From the NCBI RefSeq assembly GCF_006345805.1, contig NC_043008.1, positions 13,020,001-13,084,000 of the forward strand: 64,000 nt of DNA, written 5' to 3'. The translations under genes and the position numbers were made by a program. The notes below the pieces were generated by a model. The model made no database searches and had not been told where the DNA came from. It saw only the letters and a list, made by a program, of their open reading frames with translations. Shown piece by piece: positions 38,171 through 52,512 of the stretch; positions within the stretch are counted from its first letter, which is position 1; each line of letters begins with the position of its first letter. Origin of the DNA: Octopus sinensis. Lineage: Eukaryota.

Positions 38171-39179
38171 GGATAGATTGGACTGAACCCCAGTCACTCG
38201 TTTATAATAGAGTCAATAGTATTGCAAACATTTTCTGTCCAAAATGATCCAGTATTGAATGAGACAGGAGACATGTATTTTTGCAAGTAGATGTTCTTGA
38301 ACACATTAAGAAAGCCGCAGAAAATGTATTAACGTTCACCACCATCACAAGCAAATAAGTATGTTAGAGCTTATCCACAATTTTATCTTCGTTTTTCTCC
38401 TCCTCAGCAATCCTAACAATACTATCACGACCATCTTGTGCATTCATTTTTAATTATTATTTTTACTAATGAAAAAATCCAATTACTTATTCAAGACTTA
38501 TTCAAGACTAGTAATTCTTCCAACAAGTAATAACAATCACTCCTGTCTCTACTATCAACGTCACCAACATTAGCAACAACACCATCGCCACAACAGCAAA
38601 TGCGACAGCCTCATTATCATCATCTTCATCATCGTCGGCATTATCCTCAACATATCTTGAATACAATCATGCGTATCATAGCCACCATTGTCAAAACAAC
38701 GAGTGCTTGTAACACAACCACCAACAACACCAGCACCTTCGCTGTTGTCACAATCATAATCATAATCATCATCATCGTCATAGTCATTCAATCCCTTCTA
38801 CTCATCTGCGTGCTCCTCCTCCTCCTTTATAAGCTTTGCAAAAGCATTAGAACCGTTAGTCAAAGAGAAAGCAAGTATAAGTATTTTCATTAATAATTTA
38901 AAAACGTATATGCCTTGCAGATATTTAACCGGACACATATACGAACACAACTAACTGCTGTCTTAATACCACCTCAGTTTCTCTGTTCGTGATTATCATA
39001 CATGCGTAGACACATAGATCTAATAGCACACTCCGAAATACACGTGTGTGAAAGTGTGTGAGTGAAAGAGAGAGTGAGAGAGTAGGAGGGAGGGAGAAAG
39101 AGGGAGAAGGAAGAAAGACTAAGAGTGTATACGTTTCGTTATATCCCTACATTTTAGTATTAAATTATACATATACACA

Positions 39180-39226
39180 TAATCCGTATATAGGCACACA
39201 CATCTATGCATATATACATACATACG

Positions 39227-39258
<32 letters not shown>

Positions 39259-39281
39259 TATATATATATGTATGTATATAC

Positions 39282-39322
<41 letters not shown>

Positions 39323-39422
39323 CACGCATATATACAATGTATCAATACATACATAAGAGATTAGTACGTTTGTAAAAGCAGATATATACACATATGCATA
39401 TATATGTATGTATATATATATA

Positions 39423-39457
<35 letters not shown>

Positions 39458-39739
39458 GATAGATAGATAGATAGATAGATAGAAGCACTGATACAAGTAC
39501 TCATGCTTATGTGTATGTATTTGACAATTGTTCCATGTAGTACTTTAGATGTTAACATTGCATGTAGCATTAAAAATACATAAATCTCGCCATCTTTACA
39601 AATACTTTAATTATATTTACGGTCTAGTTTTATGTTAATTTCATTTCTATATCTGCATATATATAAAATGTATACACATATATACGCATATATATGTATA
39701 TATATATATATATACATGTATACATATATACATATGTAA

Positions 39740-39780
<41 letters not shown>

Positions 39781-41394
39781 TATATATATATGTATATGTG
39801 TGCGTGAGTACATACATATGCGTGTGTGAATTTTTGTGTGTGTGTGTATGTATTTATTATAGCCCTTCAAATTTTATATTTGTTTTCTTCATAAAGATAA
39901 ATTTATATTTGTTGCTGTTCTGCTCGGCTTTATACAATAACAAAACTTATGTCTATTTAAAACATAAATAGGGATCTTGTTATTATTTTGATTATTTCTC
40001 TTTCCTGCAACGTTTGCAGCTCCACATAGTGTTCATCTTAACATGATATGTCATTTCTGACATTTGTTTTCCGGCATTTTCTATAATAATGTAAATACAC
40101 ATGCATTTCCTTGCTACATTCACAATAATTCTGCATCCATCCATCTGTTTCTTTTATTTTGTTTGAGTTCCATTTTGTTCTTTGGACAATCTCTCCCTTT
40201 ATGAATTGTTTTTTTTTTTCATGTATCTTTTATGCGTGTCTTTCTTTCGTAGACATTTTATAATCCTTGCTACTCTCTCTATTACTATGCCCACCCTTTA
40301 TCTTTTTATACATACACCCATCCATTTATCCATCCAACCACACATACATATGCATATATGTATATATATATACATATATATACATTCATATATATATACA
40401 TATATATGCATATATAGACCTATATATACATATAGAAACATATATATGTATATATACATATAGGTATATATATACATACATACATATATATGTATATACA
40501 TTTACATACATATATATATATATATACACATATATGTGTGTATATATATAAATGTATATACGTATATATATATATATAATATATATATATATATTATATA
40601 TATATATATATTGTGTGTGTGTGTGTGTGTATATACATATATTGTGTATCATTCCTTGTTACACAGTCGTTCTTTCTATCTTCTTCCCAAATTACTCGCT
40701 TCTTCTCTATATCTTGCTCCTTTTCTCTTTCCTTCTTACGCACCCGCTATCACCCTCTCTTTCTCTCTCTCTCTTGTTCTCTCTCCCTCTCTTTCTCTCA
40801 CTGTCTCATTTTCCCTATGTACGTATGTAATAAAAGAAGTATAAAAAAAAAAACGTAGGCAATATTCGATTGGATTAATTTTTCGCTAGTTTCTGGAATA
40901 GAGACAAGAATTTTGAAATGAAGCGATTCAATCAGGAAGCTATTACGTATTAATGAGTACCAGCAAATTATATGTATATGTGCGCGTGCTAACACACACA
41001 CACAAATACGCGTACATACATGCATTTTTGTGTGTAATGTATTTAGATGCGTACGCGTGTGCGCGTGTTTTGTAATTCGATAATTTACAAGCAAATGTAA
41101 ATGGAAAATGGAAATAACGTTTAACAAATTTGATTTCAATTTTTAATCATAAGCAACATGTATTGATCTTGAACTATTTTTCTATTATTTGAATTTAATA
41201 GAAAAATTAATAAATCAGATTACTATTTGATATTTTAGGTGATAGAAAATTACTAAACAGTGTTGAGCAGTCGACGAAGACTACAATAATGTTTTATAAT
41301 TTATGATCATATACGAATATATATACATACACAAATACATATACATATATATATAAATAATAAATATATATATATATATATAAATAATAAATAT

Positions 41395-41439
<45 letters not shown>

Positions 41440-41571
41440 GTAAATATATACGTATATATACATATTTGTATGTATATATATATATAGATATATATATATA
41501 TATACGTAAATATATACGTATATATACATATTTGTATGTATATATATATGTATATATATATGTATATATAT

Positions 41572-41650
<79 letters not shown>

Positions 41651-41660
41651 TGTATTGATT
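39180..41660. repeat. Cluster of (TA)n/(CA)n/(GATA)n microsatellites separated by unique AT-rich DNA
   Basis: Direct reading; source of the Y/I-rich ORFs in this interval. Confidence 0.85.
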
Positions 41661-42386
41661 GATTGATTGCGTGAAAATTTGTGTTCGGAAGAAATCAAAA
41701 TGGCTACCTTTATCGTGTTATCTTCTGCAAATATTCTGTAAGATGACTTCCATAATATTTGTTGTAACACTTTTTACCGTGCCAATTTTTTCTGATTAAA
41801 GATTTAGGATTTCAGTTGGGGTGAGCATATATAGAGACATTAGATTATCGATTGTAAATCCTACTAGAATTTTGTTACAACCCTTTTAAAGTTTTGACTT
41901 CAGGCAATCTTTCGCGATTTTGTGAATTAAGGAACCAGTCAAATACTCATTACATATACATGTTTATTCCTTTTTCAAATATATGAATTTATATCTATAT
42001 TAGAAAGCAAACATAACGGATTTACCGAAGTTAGATTTTCAAATTCATTGAATCACCAAGCCAATGTCATTCGTCATATATTTATGAGGTGGTATTTTCT
42101 ATAGTTACAATGTGTGCCCACTGGTATGACTGTAGCTATTGCACCGACACTAGTAGCCACGATATTCTTTTGGTATCAGATGCAGTGTTTCTCTTCTATA
42201 CCGGAATGGTAATACACCGCTTCGTCTATCGTGCTATCGCTTACAGCTTTGCAAGAGGCTGAATTTAAACCGTCTACCTTCACTGAGAATCGAACTCGAC
42301 TGGCATTTAGTTCCAGCTGAGAACTCGCACAACGACTCTACAACGACTGACATACGACTCCACATACTGTTTGACTGCGTCTCACT

Positions 42387-42464
42387 TTATAGTGGCAGGT
42401 CATACCACTTGTCCCGTGGGAGGGGTTTACCATTTCCACTACAACACATATATTTACGTATGAT
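42387..42464 (-). CDS. Candidate terminal exon IIRKYMCCSGNGKPLPRDKWYDLPL*
   Basis: CCATTTTGTATTTCAG acceptor, phase 0 compatible with the exon at 42920-43027; AATAAA on minus at 41963-41968. Confidence 0.28.
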   Translation of the reverse strand: MIRKYMCCSGNGKPLPRDKWYDLPL

Positions 42465-42919
42465 CTGAAATACAAAATGGCTGAATCAAATTTGTTTTCT
42501 AAAAATCGATTAAGATGAGCATCAGACAAATATTCAAATCGAAGATATAATATCCCCCATCCCCCTTATCTCTCTTTCTATATAACTATTTATATATTTA
42601 AGATAGAGAAACGGCATTATTAGACCGTAAAATGTAGAGTAATCGCCCCTTCCATCTGTAGAGTGGGATGGCATCTTGAGCAATTATTAGCAACCTGTTA
42701 GCCTTCCATGCCAAGGATAGGGTGAAGGCGTCGATAGCAGGACTTTGGATAACCAACAAGGCACAGAGATCATAGACCAAATGCATGAAGGTTATTGCGG
42801 CCGAGCAGATGATGTGTATTATCAAACAACGTTTGAGCGTTAAGAAGCAAGTTAACTGCTACTGTAGGGTAGCCTCATCGTTACCTATACTCATTGTACT
42901 GTTGTCTACCAATTCATAC

Positions 42920-43027
42920 CTGATGTGGAGGCCCAGAGAGGTAATCTGTTGGGGAAGGTGTTTCGATGCCATCTGCCTTACATACTGCCGAAGGCGTTTT
43001 GCGATTAAGAGAACAGTCAATGTCTAC
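42920..43027 (-). CDS. Candidate 108-nt exon VDIDCSLNRKTPSAVCKADGIETPSPTDYLSGPPHQ
   Basis: TTCGTTACAG acceptor, CAG|GTATGA donor, phase 0-0, open frame. No homology recognised. Confidence 0.32.
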
Positions 43028-44203
43028 CTGTAACGAATAGCCGAAAACAATGGTATTCATCTTATGTAAGAACACTAAGGTACAGACACAAAATGAAGTC
43101 TACGAAACATTAAACGAAATAACAAAGGTATGATCAGTGGAAAGAAATACATTTATGTGATTTCTGTTCAAAACATATCGGCGTTCAATTTGTTTAAAGT
43201 TCAGCTCAGCTACAATGTTGAAAATCAGTATTAATAGTGTTGCTGGATGTGGTGTTCCTTATACTTGTAATTCAAATATACCCAGTTCTTTAACTTTAAT
43301 CCTTCAAGAATTAATAAATAAAAATATCACTGAAATATTGCTTTGTTAGAGTTATCTATCCAGATATTCTATAGAATTTAGAATTAGAACCAGCACTACT
43401 ATTTGTTACGTCGTTTCGTATCCAAGACATCAGGTGTAAAAAGACAATGAGATCAAGATGTAAAAAAGGGTATACCCCACTGATGAGATCGAATGTTAAA
43501 AAAGTGTATACACCACTGATGACAGGACAAAAACTCCCGAAATATGGTATATACACCTAATAGCCATTTTTCACATTCGACCTCAATGTTTGTTTTCATT
43601 TGACGTCGAAGCAAAAATCAGTGCTGGCTATAATTTGTATAGTATATCCGTAGATATTACCTTAACAAGTGATGTAAAGCTCACTACTAATACGGTAGAA
43701 CACGGTACTGACTTATAAAAGCGGTTAGTATATTTTGTATTATATTATGGTTGCATAACGAAATACCGCGTCCCTACAAGTCATTAATATTCAGATATTG
43801 AAATTCCGACACAATCAACCTCCATCTCGTTTCAACTATGCGGCTTGACAAGAGTGCAAAAAAAAGTGAATACCTCAAGTAAAAGTAAGAGATTCGTTTC
43901 AAGATAGAACGTCAGGAATCATTAAATATTCGACGTACCGACATTTCATTGATATAAGAGAAAGAACCCTATACTTTAAATCTACTAAATGTATATCTGA
44001 TAACACATACTTCAACATGAAATCATGCGTTTTATCGCGTTCATTTTGTATACTTCTCTCTATCTCTGTCTCTTTACTCCCTCCCTTTCTGTCTCTTTCT
44101 ATGTATATATACATACATGTGCATAGATATACATACATACATACATATATATATATATAGGGAGAGAGAGAGAGATACATAGACAGATATAGATATACGT
44201 ATG

Positions 44204-44244
<41 letters not shown>

Positions 44245-44269
44245 GGAGTTAAATTCAGGTGTTATTCAA

Positions 44270-44692
44270 ATTCTTTTACTTCCGACACATGTTTTGAAGA
44301 TATCGCTGGTATTATTCCAAAGAAATAAAATGGCGCCCATGCTGGAGTAACGCATTTAGTCGAACAAATTGACCCCCGAACTTATTCGTTATAAGCCTAG
44401 TACTTATTATATCGGTCTCTTTTGCCGAACTGTTCAAGCGATGGTGGGAGGACAAACACAGGTATACAAACACACACACACACACACACGCACACACACA
44501 CACATATATACAACGGAATTCTTCCAGTTTCCGTCTGTCAAATTCACTCAGAAGGCTTTGGTCGCCTCGAGGCTATAGTAAAAGGCAATTGCCCAAGCTA
44601 TAATAGAAGACACTAGCCACGCAATGGGACTGAACCCGGAACAATGTGATTGTTAAGGAAGCTACTTACCACACAGCCACTCTTACGCCTAT
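44270..44692 (-). mobile_element. SINE family A, full length, diverged
   Basis: From CCCATGCTGGAG to CAGCCACTCTTACGCC. Confidence 0.85.
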
Positions 44693-45303
44693 GTATATAT
44701 TTGTGTCACCGTTTAAAATAGTACAGCATTAGCGTGCGTTCACAGACGCGTACATAACACACACACACACACACACACACGCATACACACAAACTAATAT
44801 GAACGTTTACAAATGGAATTGCATATCAGATATGGTTACATTAATCAAACATCGTTTTTGTGTGATTGACGCCACATTAATTCAATTAAGTCAGCTCAGT
44901 GACTCGATTAAACTTAGTTGTTTCTACGTCACACTCACTATTTTAAACGTTTGTTTACAGATGTTCTAAATGCAGGCTGTCATATTTTTCTGTGTGAACA
45001 GGTCACTGCGTCCACGTACTCCATATTACCGTTAATAATATTCGAATTTGTGAATATCATCAGCGTTGATATATATTGAAACAATTCGTGAAGTTGCACT
45101 AGTTTCCACCAAGCACAGTTTTATTATTTCTTTTTCTTTCTCTTCATGTCGTACTTTTCTTTCGTTTCGTTATTATAATTCAGCTTCACAGATAGTTAGA
45201 AAGATAGAGACTTTGCAAGAGAGAAAGAGAGGGGGAGATAGAACGAGAGAGAGAGAGAGAGAGAGCGAATATCAGACAGACAGACAGACAAACACACATA
45301 CAC

Positions 45304-45379
<76 letters not shown>

Positions 45380-45610
45380 CGTTTTTGGATTTGCTTTGCA
45401 AGATTCTTTATGTGAGTTCGTGTGTTGAAGCATATTCTGTTGTGCCTGGGGAGAGTCATTTTCTTTTTGTGCCTTATAATGTAACACACTCACCGGTAAA
45501 ATTTACACTTAGGAAAATAAAAATAAGAAATAAGTGGAAATTTTACCGGTGATAAGACACAAAACGAAAATGCTCTCCCAGACACAAGAGTTATATATAT
45601 ATATTATATA

Positions 45611-45665
<55 letters not shown>

Positions 45666-45669
45666 TATA

Positions 45670-45930
45670 TAGAAAATCGCCCAAAAAACAGACAGCAAAC
45701 ACAAAAAAAACAACAATGCGAGGACATGGTACATGTAAAGCATTAGTAGACGCTCAGGGAAGGAAAGAAATATAGTTTTACGTTTAGAGCAAAGTTCTTC
45801 GTCAGAAACAGGAGACAGCGGAAAGTCCAATAGAAAAGGAAGACGGAGAAAAAAAAATGTACTATATAAAACAATAAATTGTACTCTAAAAAAGAACAGG
45901 TGTTTGCAAGTCACTTACACCTGCTGTATT
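45670..45930 (-). mobile_element. Penelope-like 3' remnant with degenerate hammerhead (45774-45810)
   Basis: Minus strand GTTT-CTGACGA-A-GAAC TTT GCTC-TAAA-CGTA-AAAC; abuts (TA)n. Confidence 0.55.
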
Positions 45931-46789
45931 TTCCCCACTTGTATACCTACTGTTTTGTAAAACACCACAGTCTTTCTGGTCAATGTATGGCCGGCTGGTA
46001 TGTGATATATTTAAAGCAATGATTTGCGAACGCATTGTCAGGATATTTCTAGTCTTCAAAAACTTATGTGGCGAATTCTCTACTTAGCGCACAACAACAG
46101 CCCGTGTCATCGGCCAACCTGCCAACGCTTGTAAAGCAAATCGTGGCCTTTTTATTTTCTATTCTGTTAGCGTTAATGGTTGCAGCACAGTTGGATATGC
46201 CTCAAAATGTTAATTCATTTTTGACTCTTCGATCTAATTCTGCTTGTTGTTCTTTTAATCGAGAGTAGCGCTTTCTTTTGAAATGGATAACGCAGCTTAG
46301 TGAAAAATTCGACGCCACATTTTCACAGAATATTTCAAGAAATGAGTAAATTATACAAACTGAACCATAAATCCTGTCACGAAGTGCGAAAATACAGCGT
46401 AGCTAAACAGCTCCTCAGAAACTTTGGGAATTTATGTAACACGCCTCGCAAAAATTTTGACTATAAATCTGACTCGAAGTGACGTGTTCCTGTTATTCTA
46501 CACTCACACACACACACACACACACGTTCACATACACACACGCTTACACTTACATAAATGCATAAATACATTCAATGATTGAAAATCCTTCTAATACAGT
46601 AACACCTTTTAAAATTTATTTTACTGTGTTATCTATTATCATTAGTTATGGTTGCTTTACTGTTGGAAGCCATGTAGCAAAACATATCCAGGTGATTGTC
46701 ATCAACATAAAACAAAAATAGAAATTCCACTACCAGCGACACCTACTCCAAAATAATCAAACCTTATCGTAATAACTTTTAACGATCCT

Positions 46790-47350
46790 GCATCATCATC
46801 ATCATCATCAGCAGCAGCGGCAGCAGCAAAAGCCATCGTCATCCTCACCCTTATTATCATCATCATTTGCCATCATCATCATCATGAGCATCATCATCAT
46901 CATGAGCATCATCATCATCATGAGCATCATCATCATCATTTGTTATCAGAATCATCATCATCATCGTTACCATCATCATCATCACCATGTCTCATTACCA
47001 TCACTATCATCATCATTTCTCATCCTTATCATTATTTTCATCATCATCATCATCCTCACCTTCATCATTTGATATCATTATCACCATGACCATGATCATC
47101 ATCCTCATCACTTTTCATCATCCTCCTCCTCTGAACATCATCATCATCTTCGTTCATTTTTCATTATCGCTATCATCATCTACATGGTCTCGTCGTCGTC
47201 GTCGTCGTCATCATTCTTATTATAATTCTCATCATCATCATCATCATCTAAATTATCACAACCATCATTATATTTTGTAAGTATTGCATTAGTACTATTA
47301 ATAGTATGATTATAACTAGTATTAGTGGTAGTAGTAGTAGCAGCAGTAGC

Positions 47351-47384
<34 letters not shown>

Positions 47385-47475
47385 ATAGTAGCAGCAATAG
47401 TAGTAATTGTAATAGCAGCAGTGGTAGTAGTAGTAGTAGTTGTAGTAGCAATAGTAGTAATAGTAGCAACAGGAG

Positions 47476-47512
<37 letters not shown>

Positions 47513-47551
47513 AGCAGCAGCAGGAGCTGCAGTGGTATTCGTAGCAGCAGC

Positions 47552-47601
<50 letters not shown>

Positions 47602-47623
47602 TATTATTATTATTATCATTATT

Positions 47624-47690
<67 letters not shown>

Positions 47691-47695
47691 CAAGA
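46790..47695. repeat. Compound (CAT)n/(TAG)n/(TAT)n trinucleotide array
   Basis: Direct reading. Confidence 0.95.
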
Positions 47696-48449
47696 AGAAG
47701 AAAATGTGTGCATCGCTTTAATGGTAGTCGTAATATTTAAATGTTATTGTTGTAATTTTAGTGCCTTTTTAATAATAACGACGATGAAGTTGTAAAAGTC
47801 TTTCCTGCGAATACTTTCCATCTAATGTTTTATTGAACTAAAATAGAATCGCGAGCCAAGAACGAACACAGATAGTAACAGAAAACCAAAAAAAAAAATT
47901 AAGACAAAGAGTAAAAAAAAAAACAATAAAAAGCACATCGTAATCAACGTAAGAGATGTTTTCTTAAAGCTATTAATCATAAACTGATGACAAAGTCCCC
48001 TTCCACAGCCGAAGCTCAAATGACACTTGAAAACTTCTGTAGCTGTATTTTCGCATCATCCGTCCATCAATCATGGGAAGAAAAATCGATTCGAGTTAAA
48101 CCGTAGCCAACTTACTTGATTTCGTGAAATCGATAACTGGGGGGTAGGTTGCGTCTCAAGCAAAGTTTACAAAATTTTGAAGCTGGTATATTTTGTTTTT
48201 TTTTTTTCTGTTTCCTAGAGAACACTAAAGTTATTGTTTTCCTCTGTGCGTGTGTTTGTGTTTTGTTTCGAAGTGAGTATAGCGTACACTTTTCAAACTT
48301 CCTTAGAAATACAGAGCAGAAAATATTAAGCGCAGACATGTTAACTTAAGCACGCACCAACACTAGCATGAAAATTTCTGAAAGTAAAGTTATAGTCAGC
48401 AGCGACGATAACGATGTTGATTATCACGACGAGGACTCTGGCAAAGGTG

Positions 48450-48501
<52 letters not shown>

Positions 48502-48518
48502 GTGTCATCATTATCAAT

Positions 48519-48987
48519 GCGCGAGAGAGCAATGCATGCCATCAAAGTGACCCTGGGTTACAGAGATGCGAAACCCAATATACTCATCATGACAATACGT
48601 CTGATAAGGGTACACTAGCCACATGTATCACGACAATAAGTGTGCGACATAGTGATCTGCTATCAAGATAAACAGGTGAGACCCAGTTAGAATTTTCTTC
48701 AGGTTGAGTAACCCATCCCCCTCAAAATGTCCCTGATTAATGGTTGTTTAAGGATGGTGAATGGGGTTGAATTATTCAAATCCCAAAGAATCCTTCTCAA
48801 CACGTGGCTCTGATGGTCTCCAGCTGCTCCTGTTCGTGATGGGAAACGCACTTATCGTCAGCCAATAAGAGACAAGCTCTACTGGTTATGGTCAAGAATT
48901 TGACAAGCACATTATGGTTTTGAGCAGAATATTTGCTGTAGTCCATCTTTTATACCAAGACAAAACATGTAACACACCCAATCAGTT
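48519..48987 (-). mobile_element. Third copy of the unclassified element seen at 8167-9060
   Basis: Shares GCCATCAAAGTGAC.CTGGG, GAGCAGAATATTTGCTGTAG.CCATCTTTTATACCAAGACAAAACA; flanked by (CAT)n and (ATT)n. Confidence 0.8.
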
Positions 48988-49164
48988 GTAATTATTATTA
49001 TTATGATTGTTGTTATTATTTTAACTTTTAATCTGCATGAGACACACCCAGAGTCCTAGGGCGAGTGAAAGATATGAGATGTTAAAGTATGACTTAAAGC
49101 TTGGGGAGGTGTATTCACAGGGGTAGTAGCGGAATATCTTCATGCAGTACAATACATACATTGT

Positions 49165-49236
<72 letters not shown>

Positions 49237-49635
49237 AATTATTATTATTATTATTGAAAGCGTGAAACATGACTGCTGCTGCAATGCCATTGAGGTATAA
49301 AAAGGCCTCAAGTGGGCTCCGGTGAAGAAATCATTTTACCACTTTATCTTCTGTGCCCCATACACCAGAATCGGTGTAGAGATAAAACATGAAGAGTTCG
49401 GTGGTGAAACACCGAGCTGTTCTTGTCTCAGCAGTTCCATTTTATCATTTGCAACGAAACGATGTACAGAGATTTCAGATAAACGCCAATAGTACACTGC
49501 TCGAGTGAGCGCCTCATATTCACGGTGGTTCGAAAACAGAATGTGGCAGTGCTCCGCTATGCTAAGACTGGAAAAACTAATCTCAAGAAGCTAAATGAGG
49601 ACGGGAAACATAATTTTGTAGGAATTTTAAGATTA

Positions 49636-49956
49636 CAAACCTTTGATTAAGACCAGACTGGCTCCCTCCCTCTCTCTCATGTTTAAGTGATTGTTCGTCA
49701 AATATTGTAAGGCCTCTCGAGGTAAGGTCGGGTTAGAATTTTGACTTTTAAACTTCTTGGAACATAGATTTCTTGTGTTTATATCCAACTTTAAATGTCT
49801 TTCTGCCACATAGTCATTACCAATCAAAAAGCCGTTCAAGGACTTGGACCTGGAGATCTCCATTTCCAGCGACTTCGAGGACCACCTCCTAGTGGTGTCG
49901 GGCGTCAACGAAGAGCCCTCGACTATAACAATACGACCAAAGTTTATTTGTTCCAA
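49636..49956 (-). pseudogene. Probable Penelope-like RT N-terminal remnant
   Basis: WSSK..RSKSLNGFL...NSNPTLPREALQYLTNNHLNMREREGASLVLI resembles the W.P...NL...E..AL..L..N..I.I..ADKG..VVI motif. Confidence 0.5.
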
Positions 49957-50822
49957 GGTCTGGGGTCTCCCGCCCCTAAGCCCTACACAGTCACCTAATC
50001 ACTCTTACCCGTCTTGTTGCTTAACAACAACAACCTATCAAAAATTGAAAATAAAATCGACAACACAAACACCAAATCTGATTAAGAATACAGATTTTAT
50101 TCAGTAGAAGGACGCTCGCAGTCAACAAAACTGTTTATTTAGAAATAAGGGGAAAAACTCGTCTCATAGATAACCAGGAATCTACCACTTCTTCTCATTA
50201 ACATTGACTTATAGTTGAAAGATCATGGGCTGAAGAAAAAGTAGAACACATTTCAAAATTTGCAAAATGTGATCCCTTATAGAAGGGTCATAAAAACCAA
50301 CGAATTGCAAAAACCTTGCCCTATATCAATGATGACATGAAATTCAGCCTCTTGCAAGCAATCAATATTTTCTCAGGAGCAAAGGTGAATTTTTGATTGA
50401 CTATAAGGTTAGTGTGGTAAGGGATGTGGAGCGTAATTGTGTTTAAAGCATTTAGACAACGGAATATTGATGAAGGCCAGACTGGCATCATATCCTGTAA
50501 TGAAACAACCCATTCTGGAGAAACTAAATTTCTAGTCCAACGGAGAAATATATACGAAGTTCTTAAGAATATACTAGACTCCTATACGAAAATTGTTTTG
50601 TTTGTACTTTTGTTAAGCCCTCTGTCCGAACTTGTTACTCTGAACCAAATAAATTTTGGTGACATACCATTAATTTTTCTTCTTTTTGAACTGTCTCGTT
50701 AAAATAAATTGTGTTTATACATACATGCATATATATTTTTCTCAATATATTTGTTTTAATTTATAACGTAACTTGATATGATTCAATGAATTGTTCACCC
50801 TTCATTTAACAAAAAAGCATAC

Positions 50823-50928
50823 CTCTGTATTGCTTCTTATTCCCTCATGTTCCGTAACACTTTGGCATGTGTTTTATTGTATGTATAAACGAGGTCGGAA
50901 AGGGTTGGGGGTGGCGGCAAATAAAAGC
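50823..50928 (-). other. Candidate non-coding (5' UTR) exon, 106 nt
   Basis: TTGCTATTTATTTTTTCCAG acceptor and GAG|GTATGC donor; stops in all three frames. Confidence 0.25.
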
Positions 50929-52512
50929 CTGGAAAAAATAAATAGCAATAAATGACGTTAGAATCTTTATAGATGTTATTGTTGTTAATATTATTTTGCA
51001 GATCACAGAAACGATGATAACTTTTCATCATGTGACGATGGCAAAATTTTTCATGCATGAGAGACCCCAGCAAGTATTTCTATTCCCAAAGAAACACTAA
51101 CCTCACTAACAACGACACGAAAAATAGCAACAACAAAAAATTCCAGTAACAATAAAAAAAAAAAAAGAACTGTAATAATAAGACGAAGAAGAAAGCAAAA
51201 AAAAAAACACCAAAACAAACAAACCGACAAACCGAACAAAAAATCAAATGAAAGAGAGATATTTCTAACATCAATCATTATTAAACGCGGAAGATCGTAA
51301 AGGTTTCGGAGTGAAAAATAGCACTTCATCATTGATATGAGCGGATATTTTTACACAGAATTGTATTTTATTTTAATTGTTTTTTTTTCTTTCTATTTTT
51401 TGCTTTCTTGTTTAACAGTAGAGACAGTTGAACGTTTATTATCGTTATGTGTTATTTGTTGAATGTGCTTTATTATTATTATTATTATTATTTTTATTGT
51501 TGGTGGCGTTTTGTTTTTGTCGCTAATACCTTCTATTTTTCGCTTAACGTTTTTAAACTATTCCTAATGCCGAAATACTTAAAAGATATTAAGTTATCTG
51601 ATACGAAATAAGAAAATATATACTATTTGTTTAATTTTTAAATGAGCGTCTTTATTCTCATAAGCAGACAGTTATATAGGATGATGGTATGTACATTATC
51701 TTCAGGTATAGGACACTGTGTGTGTATGTGTACGCGCATGTGCGTGTGTCTATGAGCATAAACATTTCTATACTTATCTCTCTGCCATTTACTCTTTTAT
51801 AATACAACACGTAACGAGTATCGTCAAAAATGACGGTCTTCCTTTGCTACTAGAAGTCTTTAATACGTTAGTCTCAAGTGATGCTTCATTTAAGTGCTTA
51901 TTATTATAACGTACTTTAATTACTGTTACTTTTCTTTGCCATCACTCATTCCTACTCCTTATTTCCTCCGACGCATATACACCCGTATTACTTTTTTCCT
52001 ACGACTTCCTATGACTTCTTGTCTTACAATCCAAATCTGTCTCAGTCTCACCCTTTCATTCACCACTATTTGCCCACAATACTTCTTGAATTCTTTAGTT
52101 TCTGAAGTAGTGACCCAAAAGTCAGTATGTACAAAAAAAAAAAACAATTATAGAGAACAACATGGCGGACAGAGTGCAGGATGTAGAATGGTTTTGACAG
52201 GGAGCCATACACTTTATCTTTATACATTAAGTCGATCAGCATCTGTAAACGTGGTCCAACACTGGTTGCTATGAAGACTCTAGATATCTTTAGGTTGTCG
52301 GGCCAACCGAAAAGTTTCTTTCATCCCGTCATTACTCGCCTGCCATGTGATGCACTGTGTGATATGGAGGTTGCCGTGTATTAATCTCTTCAGGATGGCA
52401 TATGTTTTCTTATCACCAATAAAGCTTTTGGCAACCAAGAGAACAAACTCTATGCTGTTATCTTCTGCCAGCCCGCTGCCTTTGAATGCCATCAATATTA
52501 AGTTGCACGAAA

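Noticed and set aside
46884-47795. Poly-L/V/T/H/I ORFs
   Set aside because: Trinucleotide microsatellite read-through; likewise at 6.8, 9.0, 24.4, 26.4, 27.8, 35.5 and 59.4 kb.
50465-50510. Hammerhead-like TTGATGAAGGCCAGACTGGC..GAAAC
   Set aside because: Core C3 is absent, GAAA is displaced from stem II, and stems I and III do not form.
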